DNA of 64,000 bases from Eledone cirrhosa (Eukaryota), in contig OZ024746.1 in assembly GCA_964016885.1 (NCBI GenBank), positions 89,032,001 through 89,096,000 on the forward strand, in the 5' to 3' direction. Both the position numbers and the translations under genes were made by a program. Of this stretch, positions 1-17,470 are shown one piece after another; position 1 is the stretch's first letter; each line of letters opens with the position of its first letter. The notes beneath the pieces are model-generated. The model searched no databases. It was not told the DNA's origin and saw only the letters and a program-made list of their open reading frames with translations.

Positions 1-109
1 TACATATAGATAGTGTATTAGTGTATGAATAAAATTATGTGCAGCCATATATGAATACTCATACATTCATATATGTGAGTTCATAAATGTATTCTTATAT
101 GAATACAAG

Positions 110-165
<56 letters not shown>

Positions 166-208
166 GGAATACTATTGGCTTCTTGCTACAATACTTTCTA
201 TACCTTTC

Positions 209-254
<46 letters not shown>

Positions 255-1599
255 GATGTGGGGTGCGTAGGTGTGTATGCATGTATTTGTATATATATAT
301 AGATATAGTAATAATAATAATAATAATATAAGCAGCGATTCTTTGCTTAAACTTTAATGTTATTTTAATATATATATATTTCATATAAATATATATTTGT
401 ATATATATATAATACGTATATAAACAAATATATGTATAGATAGATATATTTTAGTTCACCCGTGTGTGTGCGTGCGTTTGTGTGTGTGTGTGTGTGTGTC
501 TCTGTGTGTGTGTGTGTATGCATGAGGCGTTTCTGGGCATAAATATTCAGTGGAAGTGCGGATGTATGTAAGCTTATAATAATCGTTTTGCATTCTCTTT
601 ATGAATATAAAATACACGTGTATAGTGTGATTGTTACCATGTTTTCTATTGTAGCTATGTGTATGATGTTTAATCTTATTTATACTTCTCATAGACTATA
701 TCCATATATATATATATTTAATGTAACAATCAAGTTCTCATACACAAGTAATCTCTTAAACACACATGCAGATATAAAGAGGCAAAAGAGAATGATTAAC
801 AATGTTAATGTGTGACAGAAAGAGGAAGGAGAGAAAGAGGCAGAGAAGCAGATAGATAGAGAGAGAAAAGGAAATGATACTAAGATATATATTTATCTTG
901 TTTTCATATGTATTTGCATATAATTATACACGCACATCCTTGTATTCGCGGATGTATGCATATATGTGTGTTGGTGCGTATGTGTATTCATACGTTAGTT
1001 AGTATGGGATTTCTGAAGGTTTTTACATTTATAATAACCAAGAGCAAAGGTGAGTTCGTCGTAGAAGTGAAGTGTTAGACGAAGAGATAAAAATTTAATA
1101 AATAGAATTTCCCTTCCAGCATTCAAAAGGTTAAAAGATCATCTGGCAGATATCCTATAGTATCCTAAGTATTTGACCCGTGGGCGTTATTGTATACTCA
1201 ATTAAATTTACGAATGCATCTGAAATACAATACCACGTTAACAATTCCATGAATCAATGCTTTTTAGCACTAAGAATATTTTTCATTAATCATATTATCA
1301 ATTTATCAACTTATCAAGGGCTTCTGAGCTGAATGATTGTTTTTCTTCTTGCACTTTTACAATGGACTGATTTTTAATATAGATCAACTATATACTAAAT
1401 GTTTCTAGATTTATAATATTTATGGTAATGTAATCTATCAATCAATTTATAATGGTTTTATTATTCAATGACTTTGGAACCTCATACTCTACAATTGAGC
1501 AAGCATTGTTATAGATGAGCAGTATTTCATAACCACATACACATACGCATACATACTCCCGGATATACATACACACAGACACATATATATATATATATG

Positions 1600-1711
<112 letters not shown>

Positions 1712-3961
1712 CATATATATATATTCAGATATATATATATGTATATGTTTATAGATATATATATTTATATGCATATGCTTCTATATATACGTATATATAT
1801 ATATATGTGTGTGTATTTATGTGTGTATGTATATATGTACGAATTTTAAAAAACAATGGAAGGCAAAATTGGAAATATTATTTCATATCTTGTAAAAACA
1901 CTATTCGCATTTCAATTGGTTATTTACAATATAATATCATTACATAGCGACGTCATCAGGTCCGGAGTGCAAAATTAGATAATTGTTAAAAAGCTTATAG
2001 CAAAAAGAGCCAAACAGATAATAGAGAATAGTTTTTATTCTTAAATGGCCTGCCGATTTGATGTTATTTGTGATAAGCCACAACAGTAAAACAGTTGTTG
2101 CATATATATATATAAATATATTCCTAGAAAAATTGGAAAGCCCTTCTTAAGGAAGCCATTAAAAAAGCAAAATTCCGGCGAAGCGGCGATGCGTTAAACA
2201 TTACCTCGAAGGATAGAAATCACCGCCTGGAAATTAGTTGGCTCGAAGATTTGAGAGGAAGGAAAGGATAAATTGGATGTGAGGCGATCAGAAATATTTA
2301 AAATACATTCGTCTGCTTTCAAACCACATGCAGTTTCAACGATTTAACTGAAAGGGCAGTGAAGGATAGATGACTCGTAACAACGGATAAATAGATATAT
2401 GTTTAATCATACACTGTTGCATGAGGTAAGCAATTGTTTAAGAGACCCCTTTGATGTTCTTATTACAGCTATTGCCGCAAGTATATTTGAATATTTTGTT
2501 TCTCTCTGTATGAAAATATACACCACTGATATCAATTGACTCTATGCCGTACAATATGTTGCTAGGCGGACGCTTTTACCAGATAGTTGCAACTACACTA
2601 ATACATATTTGTACTTACAACTGGCAACTGCGCTAATAAATATGGTATTTTTTAACTATTCATATACACGAATTTCAGGAGAAATAGAAGAAAGCTTTTA
2701 TATAATCGCGTATTAGTGGATATGTTCGGCTTCATCTGCATTAGTCCTTACTGATCATATAAAGATAATTGTGATCTTAAGCTGCTTATAATTAAGGTAA
2801 TATTTTATCCATTGGCAAGTTAACGATGTTGGAAATATTTTACCTGATTTGAATATCGCTTTTAAGATATTCGACAAGTAAATTAAACCGATGCCTTTAT
2901 AAACATGCAATCAGAGACCGCATGTGCATAATGAAATCATTATATTTAAATTGTATTGCGTGTAAAGCAACGTATTGAGTAATTTTTTCTGGATATTATG
3001 TTACGATTCTGTTTCTATTAGGGGATCTTAATAATATCTGTTAAGTCATTAATGCACTTGAGAAATTGTGAACATTAGATTCTACTAGTCATTTGTTCTC
3101 ATATTCTACGCCTGCATATTTGTATTATAAAACATTCCTCTAGGTGGCTAAAGCAAGTATATGCAATCAGTATTCGCATGATATGATACGATTTAAATAT
3201 TTCTTCGAATTCGTTATATAATTGCTATGTTATGTACAATGAATTGTATATTTTTATGTTTATTCTTATCTTCTTAAGACCATGGGACATTTATTATTTA
3301 ACTGAATTGTAATATAAACATTATTGCTCATATTCTCATTGGCTTAAATGCTTATGAATTGAGAGAACCTGCATTAATAAACACATGGAATTCAGTATGG
3401 TATAGCCAAATCATCATGAAAATGTCTATTGAAATATTTCATATATGCACTGTAATTATTCCACTTAAGAAAGCGAGCTGTATTCTAGTTACTTTCTTAT
3501 GTAAACGCGTTGACATCATGAAAAGACGTGTAGATCTAACGAGATACGTTTACTGTCATAAAGTGACGTATTCTTTAAAATATCTATAAAACTAAAATGA
3601 TTGTTCTTTATATTTCTCTTTACAAATTATACTGTTGTACTGTGTTTAAGAATTTAAACTTGATTCACTAAATACTTATTCTGATCCTATCATGTGAGAT
3701 AGTGTACAAATAAAGGTTGTTAGACGGATGTTGTGCAGGAGTTGAAAGAACTTTCTGGTCACAGTAGTTACACACAGGAAGTAGCTTGTAAGCATGTGAC
3801 AGAGACGTCTCAAATAAAGTGCTTAACGGGGCCATCGATTCCACTTTCCGTCCAGATAGAAAGCATTGATATTTGAATTGAGAACGTGTAGAACCAGAAT
3901 CTATACCACAAGGTGTCTTATCTGACGCTCTACCTATTTTCGCCAAAACTGAACCTTAGCT

Positions 3962-4145
3962 CTGGCAGTATCGATAGAGGGTCCGACGCCATGCTTAGCA
4001 GCAAGGTGTTACTGCCCACTATGGTATGAGTTCAAATCTCGCCGATGTTAACTTTGCCTTTCATCCTTACGGGGTCAATAAAATAAAGCACCAGTAATAC
4101 ACTGAGATAATTGTTGGCCTTGTGCCAAAAGTAGAAACAATTATT
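3962..4145 (+). mobile_element. tRNA-derived SINE family 1 copy
   Basis: A-box-like TGGCAGTATCG, B-box GAGTTCAAATC, central GCCTTTCATCCTTACGGGGTC..AAAATAAAG, tail GTAGAAACAATTATT; more than 10 homologous copies in the window. Confidence 0.85.
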
Positions 4146-4329
4146 TTAGTAATATCGAAAGAATTAAAAGCAAAGTATACCTTGCTAAGATTCGAAGTCA
4201 GTGTAGGCAGAGTATAAGCAGGTGCTGCAACATAGACCCCACCAAAGCCGACGATTAGCTGCTGCCTGTATAATTAATAATATGCCGATAGATGTTTCAA
4301 GTTATGTGTATGGTATAAATGGAAACAGG

Positions 4330-4439
<110 letters not shown>

Positions 4440-4540
4440 CGTATATATATATATATATATATACATACGTATATATATATATATATATATACGTATGTAT
4501 ATATATACATACGTATATATATATATATATATATACATAC

Positions 4541-4579
<39 letters not shown>

Positions 4580-4630
4580 CGTATATATATATATACATAC
4601 GTATATATATATATATATATATATACATAC

Positions 4631-4692
<62 letters not shown>

Positions 4693-5346
4693 GCGCACAC
4701 ATACGTATATATATATATATATATACACACACGCACAGAGAGAGAGATGTTTGTATGTATGCCTGTATATATATATTGTTACAGATAAATAATGCCAATA
4801 GGTGCGTCAGTTTATCAAAAAATGACATGTAATGTTCTGTTATCTCTTCTGTATAAATCTATCTAATGCAATGTAATGAAGTTATCAGCGTTTATAGTTT
4901 AGAAAGTTTTCTGAAACTTAAGCAATTTAACAAATTTCTTCTCGATAACAGCAAACTTCTATTCACTAAAAGACAAATGATATGTTGACTACATACATGC
5001 TGTTAGCTTGTCAACATGGGTTCCATTTATGTTTCGCATATGAAAGTATATTCCTTATAAGGAGCAATTAGCAAGTTCGAAACTGAATTATGCAATACAA
5101 AAAGCAAAATAATTGGTAAAATATATTCCCATAATATTTAACAGATTTAACTCATTCCACTGTAACTATGCTGCTGCACCATTTTCAATGGATTTCGTTG
5201 TGGGTGTCACTGACATTAATTTCAGTATCCCTTAGTTTTTGATTTTAGAGTGAAATATGAGGAAGTAGAATTGATTGTAAATGAACAAAATGAAAATGTT
5301 AGGGGAATTAAGCAAATGGGAAATATATTTTTCGGCACTTTACCGT

Positions 5347-5387
<41 letters not shown>

Positions 5388-5514
5388 AATTGCCATGATA
5401 GAATTATGTGTCTCAACAACAAACCTTTGACCAATCCTTGTGACAATCACTTTTACCATATATGGAATTACCCCCTGAGAAGCTCGGTTATTCATATACC
5501 AGGATAAACATTTT

Positions 5515-5660
5515 CATTTAGTCCAGAATTAGCCGTCGAAACGGCTTGAACTCAGCCGTCGGGGTCCTACTCGTTCCTATTACCCACTTTATTACCCTAA
5601 GTATTGAGTACTTTTGAGCGTTATGGTCCACCTGGTTCCTTACCACATTTCCTTCGTTAT
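5515..5660. mobile_element. Short Penelope-pLTR-like terminal repeat (family A)
   Basis: Homologous to 11135-11273, 42638-42835 and 50800-50845; ends in (TA)n; contains GTATTGAGTAC. Confidence 0.55.
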
Positions 5661-5708
5661 ATATATACGATATTAACAAATGGAAACTATATTTATAAAA
5701 CCATATTT

Positions 5709-5771
5709 ATTTCATTATACATATTTCAAGGACACCAAGTTAAATTATGGTCTGCTTTCATCAGATAAAAT
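5709..5771 (-). ncRNA. Minimal hammerhead ribozyme
   Basis: Minus strand ATTTTAT-CTGATGA-stem II-GAAATATGTATA-ATGAAAT: intact core, stem I pairing, near-palindromic stem III. Confidence 0.7.
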
Positions 5772-5869
5772 ATAATATAGAGCAGTTTTATAAATAAATA
5801 TTGACATACCCTTAAAGAATGCAACCATTACTGTTGGAAGATCCCGGATATATATATATATATATAAGA

Positions 5870-6045
5870 GAGGATTGGATTCGTAATGGTGAGGTTGTCA
5901 GTTCGATTCCTGTACCGGACGATGCCTTATGTCCTTGAGCAGGACACTTTATTTCCCGTTGCGCCCGATAGATAGTATTAGCAAATGGAAATACCAACGG
6001 AAACATTGTTTCCCAGGACCGATTTGACGAAAGTCGATCGTCTGT
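5870..6045 (+). mobile_element. SINE family 2 (CORE-like), degenerate copy
   Basis: GTTCGATTCC B-box followed by CCTTGAGCAGGACACTTTATTTC, as at 23796 and 47505. Confidence 0.6.
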
Positions 6046-7934
6046 CGATATGTGTGTGTGTGTGTTATGGTGTTTCTGAGCTTGTACGAGAATGAAAGAA
6101 AAAGTGAGAGAAGGACCAGTGAATTTATTATATGTGGTTGATGTTTTGTCGCAATAGGCCATATAATATGATCTAACATAAAATAAGGGTGTTTATTATT
6201 GATTTGTTACAGGGTGTTTCATCCTTGTATTGATTTATCGATGTGAAGCTTTGCTTAGATATTTTTGTGAAATCAGTATAGTCTTTGGTTCGTCTACACT
6301 AATTATAGCCAGCCTTTACCTGTTTACTCCGTGTCAAATTAACTACGTCAGTTGCGTCCTATTGGTTCGTTCTTTGCACGTTGCCCTCCAAAACTCTTAG
6401 AACTAAAGACCGCCCGTGATGCTGATACTTATTTTTATTGTGCATATTCTGTGGGCGTGTTTCCTAGGTAGATTAGCATACTCCTTCTCATTAGAGTTAG
6501 TGTATTTCCAGAAATATTCCTGAGAAGATCGTGCTTACTCAAACTACTACACTATTTGGCTTTTCTATAACCTATTCAACGATGTTCCCTTAACGTCGGT
6601 ATGAATATTTATTCAATTCAAAAGCCTAATGGAATATGTATCAATAGTTCACTTATCTATGATAATATACCAATGGTTCCTCTATAGGCATTGTAAATGT
6701 ATTATTAAAGTGTTACCTACGATTCTCTTTTCACTAATTGATTATTGTTATCATCTCCACTTAACAGCTGCTAATTTGCATTCATCCGATTAAAAACACA
6801 CATCTGTCCAGTTTTCGATGTAGAGGATAGAATTTATTATAAGAGACAATAAATAGTACGCTATCTCAATATAACTGAATTGGCGCCATATTGGGACGTA
6901 AGCCAGAAGGCTCAATTGGCCCCTGCTTACCCCGGTTTCATGGCGTGAGCAACGGGTAAAATGATGCAGGAAGATAGTCGAATCTCAGCTCTCTGAAGAA
7001 CAGTGTTGATTTCTCCCCTGACAAAGCACTGCCATAACAATATTGGGACTATTGCCAACTGGTGCATTCTCCTTTTAAAGAGCTCAGCAAGGCATATGAG
7101 CACGTTCTTGGGGAACTACAGTGGAAGGTTCTACAGCCAGAAATATATATATATATACATATACATATAGGGAAGGAGAAAGAGAGAGAGCGCTCTAAAA
7201 TTCCGTATTATAGTACCACATACATATATAATCTTCCGTCGTCCCTACAAAACAACAGCTGACATTAAATATCCTAGTGGAGTCGCTGGAATTGACCCGA
7301 TGCACTGTTAGCAGAAACTGAAAAATGTAAGCCAAAGCTGGTTATATGCTTCAAGACTATCAAACAAAACATAGGTATGCTGGTTGTTCAAATCTAATAC
7401 CAATTTTCATTTGTTAGGTCTTCTTTCATTAATTTTGTTGTGACCTGATAGTAACAAGTATTCCGGTGTTTTATTTTTATTTGCATATTGCCAAATAATT
7501 GATTGATTTGTATATCCGAAATACTCGACACAATTATTTGGGAACTCGAATAAGTAACAGAGCAGGTTTGATAAAATAAAAAGCTGTTTAAAAATAATAT
7601 GGGAAATGTTTCTAAAATTAGATTGATTGATCTTTTAGAGGAGACCTGGATATAATGAGGATATTTGCGTATTTTTATACAGAGAGCATGCACTTATTTT
7701 AAATTACGAATCGTAGAATACAAACAAATAAATTACAAACCCGTGATAACAGAAATGCTAATTGAAAGTTCCATTCATCCCACATGAAATTAGATTCTAT
7801 ACACAGAATGGACAGGACATTCATTAAATGAATGTATGAGGAATATTCTTCACTACAAATCATTGTTACGTCAATCTGAAATGAGAGCCTTCTCTAATTA
7901 CTTTTATTTCTACTTACACCATAAAAGCATAATG

Positions 7935-9634
<1,700 letters not shown>

Positions 9635-9941
9635 CGTTATTCCGGGTTGAATCAGAGGTAACCACAGTAAGTAAGGTACTCAATACATAGCAGAGTATAA
9701 CAGTTTTAATATAGATGAGATTCTACAGGACTAGAACTGTTTCATTCATTAGAAATCATCAGGAATCTGGGTATCAAAAAATAAATATGGTATTTATAGG
9801 TCTCTACAAGTGGTAGGAGAGGGTAGGGAGTTGGATGGGTGCAGGTCATTGGTTGATAGAAAAGGGAATTCATTAAAAGCTAATTCTACAAAGCTATAGT
9901 TAATTTTTATTTTTATTTATATTTATTTATGTTTTTAGAGT

Positions 9942-10141
9942 NNNNNNNNNNNNNNNNNNNNNNNNNNNNNNNNNNNNNNNNNNNNNNNNNNNNNNNNNNN
10001 NNNNNNNNNNNNNNNNNNNNNNNNNNNNNNNNNNNNNNNNNNNNNNNNNNNNNNNNNNNNNNNNNNNNNNNNNNNNNNNNNNNNNNNNNNNNNNNNNNNN
10101 NNNNNNNNNNNNNNNNNNNNNNNNNNNNNNNNNNNNNNNNN
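9942..10141. other. Assembly gap (200 N)
   Basis: Run of N. Confidence 1.
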
Positions 10142-10386
10142 TAAGGCAGGCAAGAAGACATATTTCAGTCGAACGATCCATTACATCGTTCTGAGAACCT
10201 GACAGCTTCTTGTTTTAGAGACCCCGCAACGATTTAATGCAAGACGATTGTGCCAAAGACGATTCGAAGCGAGTAATGGAAAGGACACAGCTAAAATCAC
10301 AAAGCATATTTTCTGTCACTCTACTGTTTCGCCCCCCTCCCCCCGATGCTCTTCCAATACGTGTGTGTATGTGTGCGTGCATATAC

Positions 10387-10487
<101 letters not shown>

Positions 10488-10581
10488 ATATTTGTGTGTG
10501 TGTGTGTGTGTATGTGTGTGTGTATATATATATATACGTATATATATATGTTTGTGTGTATATATAAATATATGTATGTAT

Positions 10582-10627
<46 letters not shown>

Positions 10628-10971
10628 ATAAAGTTATGAAACGGAAGGAGCTGTGTGGTTACTAAAAACAAGGTTTAGGATGTTGGTTAGGACGGAACAG
10701 GAGGAGAAAGGAAGAAAAGAGTTTCCATCATCAGCTGTAAATGTTTCCCGAACCGATGTTTCGGCGCTGAATTACAGGACATCGGTGTAGTTCGGGTGCA
10801 CCCGAGGCCTTTTATTAATCAAAAGGCCAGGTGGAAAAGGAGAGAGAAAGAGAGAAAAAAAGGAGAGAGAAAAGGAAAGAGAGGGAAAGGAGGAAGAACA
10901 GGGGGAAAAAGATGAGGAGAGAGAAAGAAAGGGGAAAGGGGAAAATAGGAAAGGAATAGGGGAAAAAATGT

Positions 10972-11023
<52 letters not shown>

Positions 11024-11054
11024 AAACGTGTGTGCAGGTGTGACTGCGTGTGTG

Positions 11055-11096
<42 letters not shown>

Positions 11097-11294
11097 CATA
11101 TATATATGCGCTATATATATATAGGAACCAGTAAGACCCCGACAGCTGAGCTCAAGCCGTTCGACGGCTAATTCTGGACTCTTACTGGTTCCTATTACCC
11201 ACTCTACTACCTCAAGTATTGAGTACTTTGGTGCGTTATGGTCCACCTGGTTCCTTACCACATTTCCTTCGTTATATATATATATATATATATA

Positions 11295-12365
11295 TATAAG
11301 TATGTATACGTACATACATATATGTATACAGACGTTCAGTAGTATGTATATATATATATATACATACATGCACACACATATATATGTACGTATGGATTCA
11401 CCAAACATTTATTATAATGCTCGGTGTGTTTGTAAACAAACATCCCGAATTAAGCCGGACAGTGTTTAGCAACCTTCGTTGCTCGTTTGTTCAACACTGA
11501 CAAAGGAACGCTATACTAGTTTAAAAGCTTGTTAGCTATCGTCAGTAACGTATACATTCCTGCCAGATGGTTGAACGTCCGAAAGTATATACTTTCCTTA
11601 TGCATATTAACGGCTGAGTAGCCCAATTTGCATATCGAGTGGGTTAATCGGCCGGGTGCACCGAAAACAATAAACGGAAAAAATGTTACGAAATTTCATT
11701 TCCCACTCTTAGTACGGCTGTTACTTAAATATAAGTATGTATACGTACATACATATATGTATACAGATGTACAGTAGTATGTATACAGATGTACAGTAGT
11801 ATGTATATATATAATATACATACATGCACATACATATATATGTACGTATGGAGTCACCAAACATTTATTATAATGCTCGGTGTTAAGTTACAGACGTACT
11901 AAGAGTGGGAAATGAAATTTCGTTTCATTTTTCCGTTTATCGTTTTCGGTGCACCCGGCCGATTAACCCACTCGATATGCAAATTGGGCTACTCAACCGT
12001 TAATATGCATAAGGAAAGTATATACTTTCGGACGTTCAACCATCTGGCAGGAAGGTATACGTTGCTGACGATAGCTAACAAGCTTGAAACTAGTACAAAG
12101 TTCCTTTGTCAGTGTTGAACAAACGAGCAACGGTGGTTGCTAGGCACTACGGTTTAATACGGGATGTTTGTTTACAAACACACCGAGCATTATAATAAAT
12201 GTTTGGTGAATCCATACGTACATATATCTGTGTGCATGTATGTATATATATATACATACTACTGTACCTCTGTATACATATATGTATGTACGTATACATA
12301 TATATATTTAAGTAACAGCCGTACTAAGAGTGGGAAATGAAATTTCGTAACATTTTTTCCGTTTA
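11295..12365. mobile_element. Fold-back element with inverted pLTR-like arms and hammerhead
   Basis: 11395-11720 is the reverse complement of ~11897-12215; flanked by (TA)n; hammerhead at 12062-12098. Confidence 0.75.
12062..12098 (+). ncRNA. Minimal hammerhead ribozyme
   Basis: TTG-CTGACGA-T-AGCT-AACA-AGCT-T-GAAACTAGTA-CAA: stem I TTG/CAA, palindromic stem III ACTAGT, GUA cleavage triplet. Confidence 0.75.
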
Positions 12366-12475
12366 TATATATATATTGTTATACTTGGGGAAGGTCATTT
12401 TGTTGTAATACTATTGTGCCAGAAATAATAACAACAACAACAATATATACATATACATACATATATATATATATA

Positions 12476-12555
<80 letters not shown>

Positions 12556-12936
12556 TATATATAATATATAATATATATAATATATATACATACATATATA
12601 TATACATATATACACACACACATATATATTCGCACACAACGCAGCCACACCTGCACACACACTTGTTGCACATATATATATTTATATACATGGCAGGCTT
12701 CTGTAAAATTTCCAGCTCTTGAATTATTCAGTCCAAGTCTATGCTTTAGTCACACAGTCAAGTTTATGCCTATATGTCGCTGTAAAATATATCGTGATAC
12801 AGGCAATGTGTATGTGTATGAATATATATATGCATGGATATATATATATATATGTGTATGAATATATATATGCATGGATATATATATATGTGCATGAAGA
12901 TATATATGCATGGATATATATATATATATGTGCATA

Positions 12937-12985
<49 letters not shown>

Positions 12986-12986
12986 T

Positions 12987-13027
<41 letters not shown>

Positions 13028-13040
13028 ATATATATATATA

Positions 13041-13104
<64 letters not shown>

Positions 13105-13105
13105 G

Positions 13106-13153
<48 letters not shown>

Positions 13154-13224
13154 ATATTTATATGTATGTATGCATGTGTGCTTGTGTGTACGTATGTATG
13201 ATTGTATATATATGCATATATGTT

Positions 13225-13282
<58 letters not shown>

Positions 13283-13283
13283 C

Positions 13284-13346
<63 letters not shown>

Positions 13347-13688
13347 AGTGTGTGTGTGTGTGAGTGTGTGTGTGTATGTGCATATGCTTATGTATGTGTG
13401 CGTTTGTCAGTAAATGTGTACTTCAGACTCTGGTGTCTGTAAATAGATACATATAAAGTAAATCTGAAATAATCGTTGAAATTGTCTTGGTGGTTTCTAT
13501 ATCCCAGATGTCGTAAATCTCGCGAAAATTACATTTTGGTATTCTTTCTTTGTTAGGGTTTCGTGTCAGTGGTGTGTTGGAGACAGTTGATTGAAAAACA
13601 AAATAAAAAAACTAAACTAATCAATTCTAGTCTATGGCTGGACATTGCAAAGTTTAGAAATATATTTTGTTTACCTATATAACTTTAA

Positions 13689-13908
13689 CCCTTTAGTATT
13701 CACATTACTCTATATATACTATTATATTTTCATGGTAAAGGCTTTATCTCACATACTTATCTCACATAATATCGAATCTATCAGATTTTGAAAGTATTTA
13801 TTTTGAGAACAATACCTTAACATCAGTTTCAGTGACCAGTTACAGCTGGTTTCAACAGAAAGAGGTAGAGAATTCTGGCCGGTTTTGGCCGGTTTGAACA
13901 CTAAAGGG
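13689..13908. mobile_element. piggyBac-like MITE
   Basis: TTAA|CCCTTTAGTATTCACA ... TTTGAACACTAAAGGG|TTAA: TTAA duplication, CCC/GGG termini, ~16-bp TIR with 2 mismatches. Confidence 0.8.
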
Positions 13909-15310
13909 TTAAAGCAAATTTGTTACATTCCAACTTTGCCTACCTGACAATGTGTTCAAACGCATATTTGAAAGTAAGGCGAGACAATCAGACTAACCTG
14001 TATTTATTGCTTTTTTATTACAAAGTAGAGGCCACTAGCAAATAAATTTGATTTCACTGCATTAAGTAATGAACAACAGGCTAGGTCTATTAAGGCCCTT
14101 GAAAATACTATTGATTTGGCAGTGTTAGAGTCTTCGGCGTGTATTTCAGTTCTCTGTGTTTTGGGTTTAAGACCCATAGTTATCCGCTTTGAATTTTAAT
14201 ATTTCACGGTTGATAACGAAATTATCAGCTTAACCTTGGTGTAGACATTACCTTCTAGTTCCTTGAACATATTCTAGATGTTCAACTCCTCCGAATATGA
14301 GAGAGTCACGAGTGTGTCTGTGTATGATCCTGATTGCATGGGTCCCTACATCCCTTAGTGATACACAATTGGGAGAGACGCACTAAGTAAAGTAACTAAT
14401 ATAATTCATCGTCTACATCTGCCGTCTATTCTTCGTATTTTGTGCTGCAGGTTAAGCCTGGTCAAACAGACATGTGATCAAGAGCTAACTAGCCGTAGCC
14501 ATGACGACAGACATTTTTGCAGGTTTTAGGACTATATCATCCAATGAGATATGTTACATTTTAATATTTACTGAAGTAGTGTGTGAAACAGAAGAGACTT
14601 AGCTGCTATTTCTAGCAGTTATAATATGCATGTTAGGCTTCTTTGTTGTTCCATGTATTTTGTTGTGTATTAAATGTATAGACAGAAGGCAGCGAACATA
14701 ATTCCACAAATCCTTTAAAATTCATGTATAATCTTTAAGTTGTGAACATTATTAAAACAAAGAGCAAGGGATATTATGTGACAGTTATTCATTTTAAGAA
14801 CACGGCTGATATAAATCACGAAGTAGATTTTGTTGTCAACCTCCCAGTAACTTTTTTTTTCTCCAATAATTGTTACTGAGTGCTGTTAAGCAAGAGTTAG
14901 CTTCTGATAAGTAAAAGCTATGCTTGAAGCCAATTCATTTCATTTACACTAGAGAAATGCACTAATGTTGTTCAATTACATTTTGCTTCCCAATAACATT
15001 TCTGGAGTTCTCTCACTGAAAGGAACCAATAAAAGTAATTGTTTCTTGTAACGACAACGGAAACTAAAACTTTTAAAGAAAACGGAATATGAAGTGCTGA
15101 AGTTTGTTTATTTTCTATGGTCTTATGTACAATAATGAAATTTTATGTTTTTAGCAATCTAAAGTTTACATCACCTCTATTGTAAACCGATTCAAGGATA
15201 AATTTGCTCATTTAAACAATAAGAATAGAAGAAGAAAAAAACACGAACAAAAGGCGTAAAATAAATACGGTTCACCCCATTCTCACAGAACGTCAACCCC
15301 CACTACCACC

Positions 15311-15359
<49 letters not shown>

Positions 15360-15402
15360 ATAAAGAAAGATATCTATCTCTTTATCTCTCTATCTCGCTG
15401 TC

Positions 15403-15895
15403 TCAGCTACTGTCACGTTTGGGACGCATCCAGTTGTCAGCCGAGTCCATCGTGAGAATCACCCCGCCGTCGCTTTCATTTAAGAATGAAGGAGAGGCGG
15501 TTTTCCTCTCTCTGGTGGCTATGGCGAAAGAGGTAATATGGTGGACGAGGTTAAAAGGACTGAGGGCAAACACCTTTCTCTCCGGACAACAACTCATCCC
15601 CTTCTTTAAATTCCACTTCAGAAGGAAGGTGAGAGTGGAGAGAGAGGTGCTACGCCCCAGTAAATCCTCTGAAAGGTGGGTGAACGTGGCGAAAATGGCC
15701 CGAGTGAAGGGGCCTTCTCTGTATATAAACCTGTAGGTTGAGGAAGACAAACAGAAGGAAGATGGGAACACCTATAAAACGTGCTCCTGGTGTTGAGGGT
15801 TGTTCTATCCACGCTGTGTAAAACAACACCGCAGTAACGTTCCCCCCTATTGGGGACTTCGATTGTTTTCTTTCATATATAGTTTATTATTATTC
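15403..15895 (+). mobile_element. 5'-truncated Tx1-clade LINE 3' end inside (TATC)n
   Basis: ORF 15419-15736 ([17 protein letters not shown]...MARVKGPSLYINL) matches the C-terminus of ORF 32703-34592; (TATC)n on both sides. Confidence 0.85.
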
Positions 15896-15943
<48 letters not shown>

Positions 15944-16030
15944 CTCTCTCTATATATCTATCTATCCATCTCTCTAGCCACACACACACATATACATGCA
16001 CACACATACATACATACATACATACATACA

Positions 16031-16062
<32 letters not shown>

Positions 16063-16398
16063 GACAGACACACATACACAAATCCATTTATGTCATGTAT
16101 CTACATGCGTGCGTTACCACACTCTATCTTTCTCCGATGCACACACACATATTCACATGCACTTAATTATGCCATACATTTCTCTATTGACATTTTAAAG
16201 CAACGAATTTTCACAGTATTTTCAGGTCTAATAAATTTGTCATATATTTATCAAGTCATCTTCTCACCCCAAAATAACTTTATTGAATAAAATCATATAG
16301 GTGATAATTCTAAGTTTGTTTATATGAATGAATCCAAACTCTTAAAACTTTAGTACAACATTTTTGTGAAGTATTTTAATATCAATTCATCCATCCAT

Positions 16399-16523
<125 letters not shown>

Positions 16524-17149
16524 ACTCTCTGTATATATGAATATAAATACACACACATACACATGTATATATATATATATATATATATATAAACAAGTTT
16601 GTTGAGACATGTCAAGACGATTTAAAAATCAATGTGTTTGTACGATATAAAAATATAAAGAAAAATTCATCCAAAGTGTAATCCAAATGTATTGAAGATT
16701 AATATATGTTGGGATATTTTCATTTAGTTTATCATATTTTTTCTTTTTCTTTTCAATTTAACATGGTTACTTATATATCGAACTAATTCCACATATAGGT
16801 CAATTACTAAAATGGTATCAATAAATTTTAATCCTCACTATCTATATATAATTTCTTCGTTTGGTGAAATATACATAAAACTAATAAAATGTATAAATTC
16901 TCCCTAAAACCTTGGTCATATATACAGCATCTTATTTTTTTCTGCAAACATCTGCCCCCTATGGCCCGAATGCATCACCCTTTTCCCACCTCACTTACAC
17001 CCACGTTCCATCCACGTGAATATCGAAACCCATGCACTATACCTATACCACAACGAAATACTTACATAAACGCTTAAATGCATTACGCAAACAACGAAAA
17101 ACGTTAACACATTTACTAGGAAACACGCGTAGAAACACACGCATACCCT

Positions 17150-17215
<66 letters not shown>

Positions 17216-17470
17216 TACACACACATAAATCAGCACATTTACGTACACATGCATTCTCATTTAGCCTTGTATATTGTGGTGTTACTATCTATAATTTCAC
17301 CTTTGCTATTTCAACTTTTGGATATAGTTTGTGTTTTTTCTAATATAATTGTATTTATATTTGATACACACACAAACAAACCACACACATATTCGATGTT
17401 AATACACTAAGAACTACATATACAACACCACAAAAATGTATGCACAACCCCTTCAACACATACGCTCATT

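Noticed and set aside
2200-2400. NDLTERAVK-like string resembling a DNA-transposase motif
   Set aside because: Single short motif; no TIRs or further homology seen.
9730-9768. Hammerhead-like core on the minus strand (CTGATGA..GAAACAGTT)
   Set aside because: Stem I does not pair; counted only as a degenerate remnant.
9913-10181. ORFs of X residues
   Set aside because: Assembly gap.
10718-10740. CTGATGA-TG-GAAAC on the minus strand
   Set aside because: No room for stem II and no stem I pairing.
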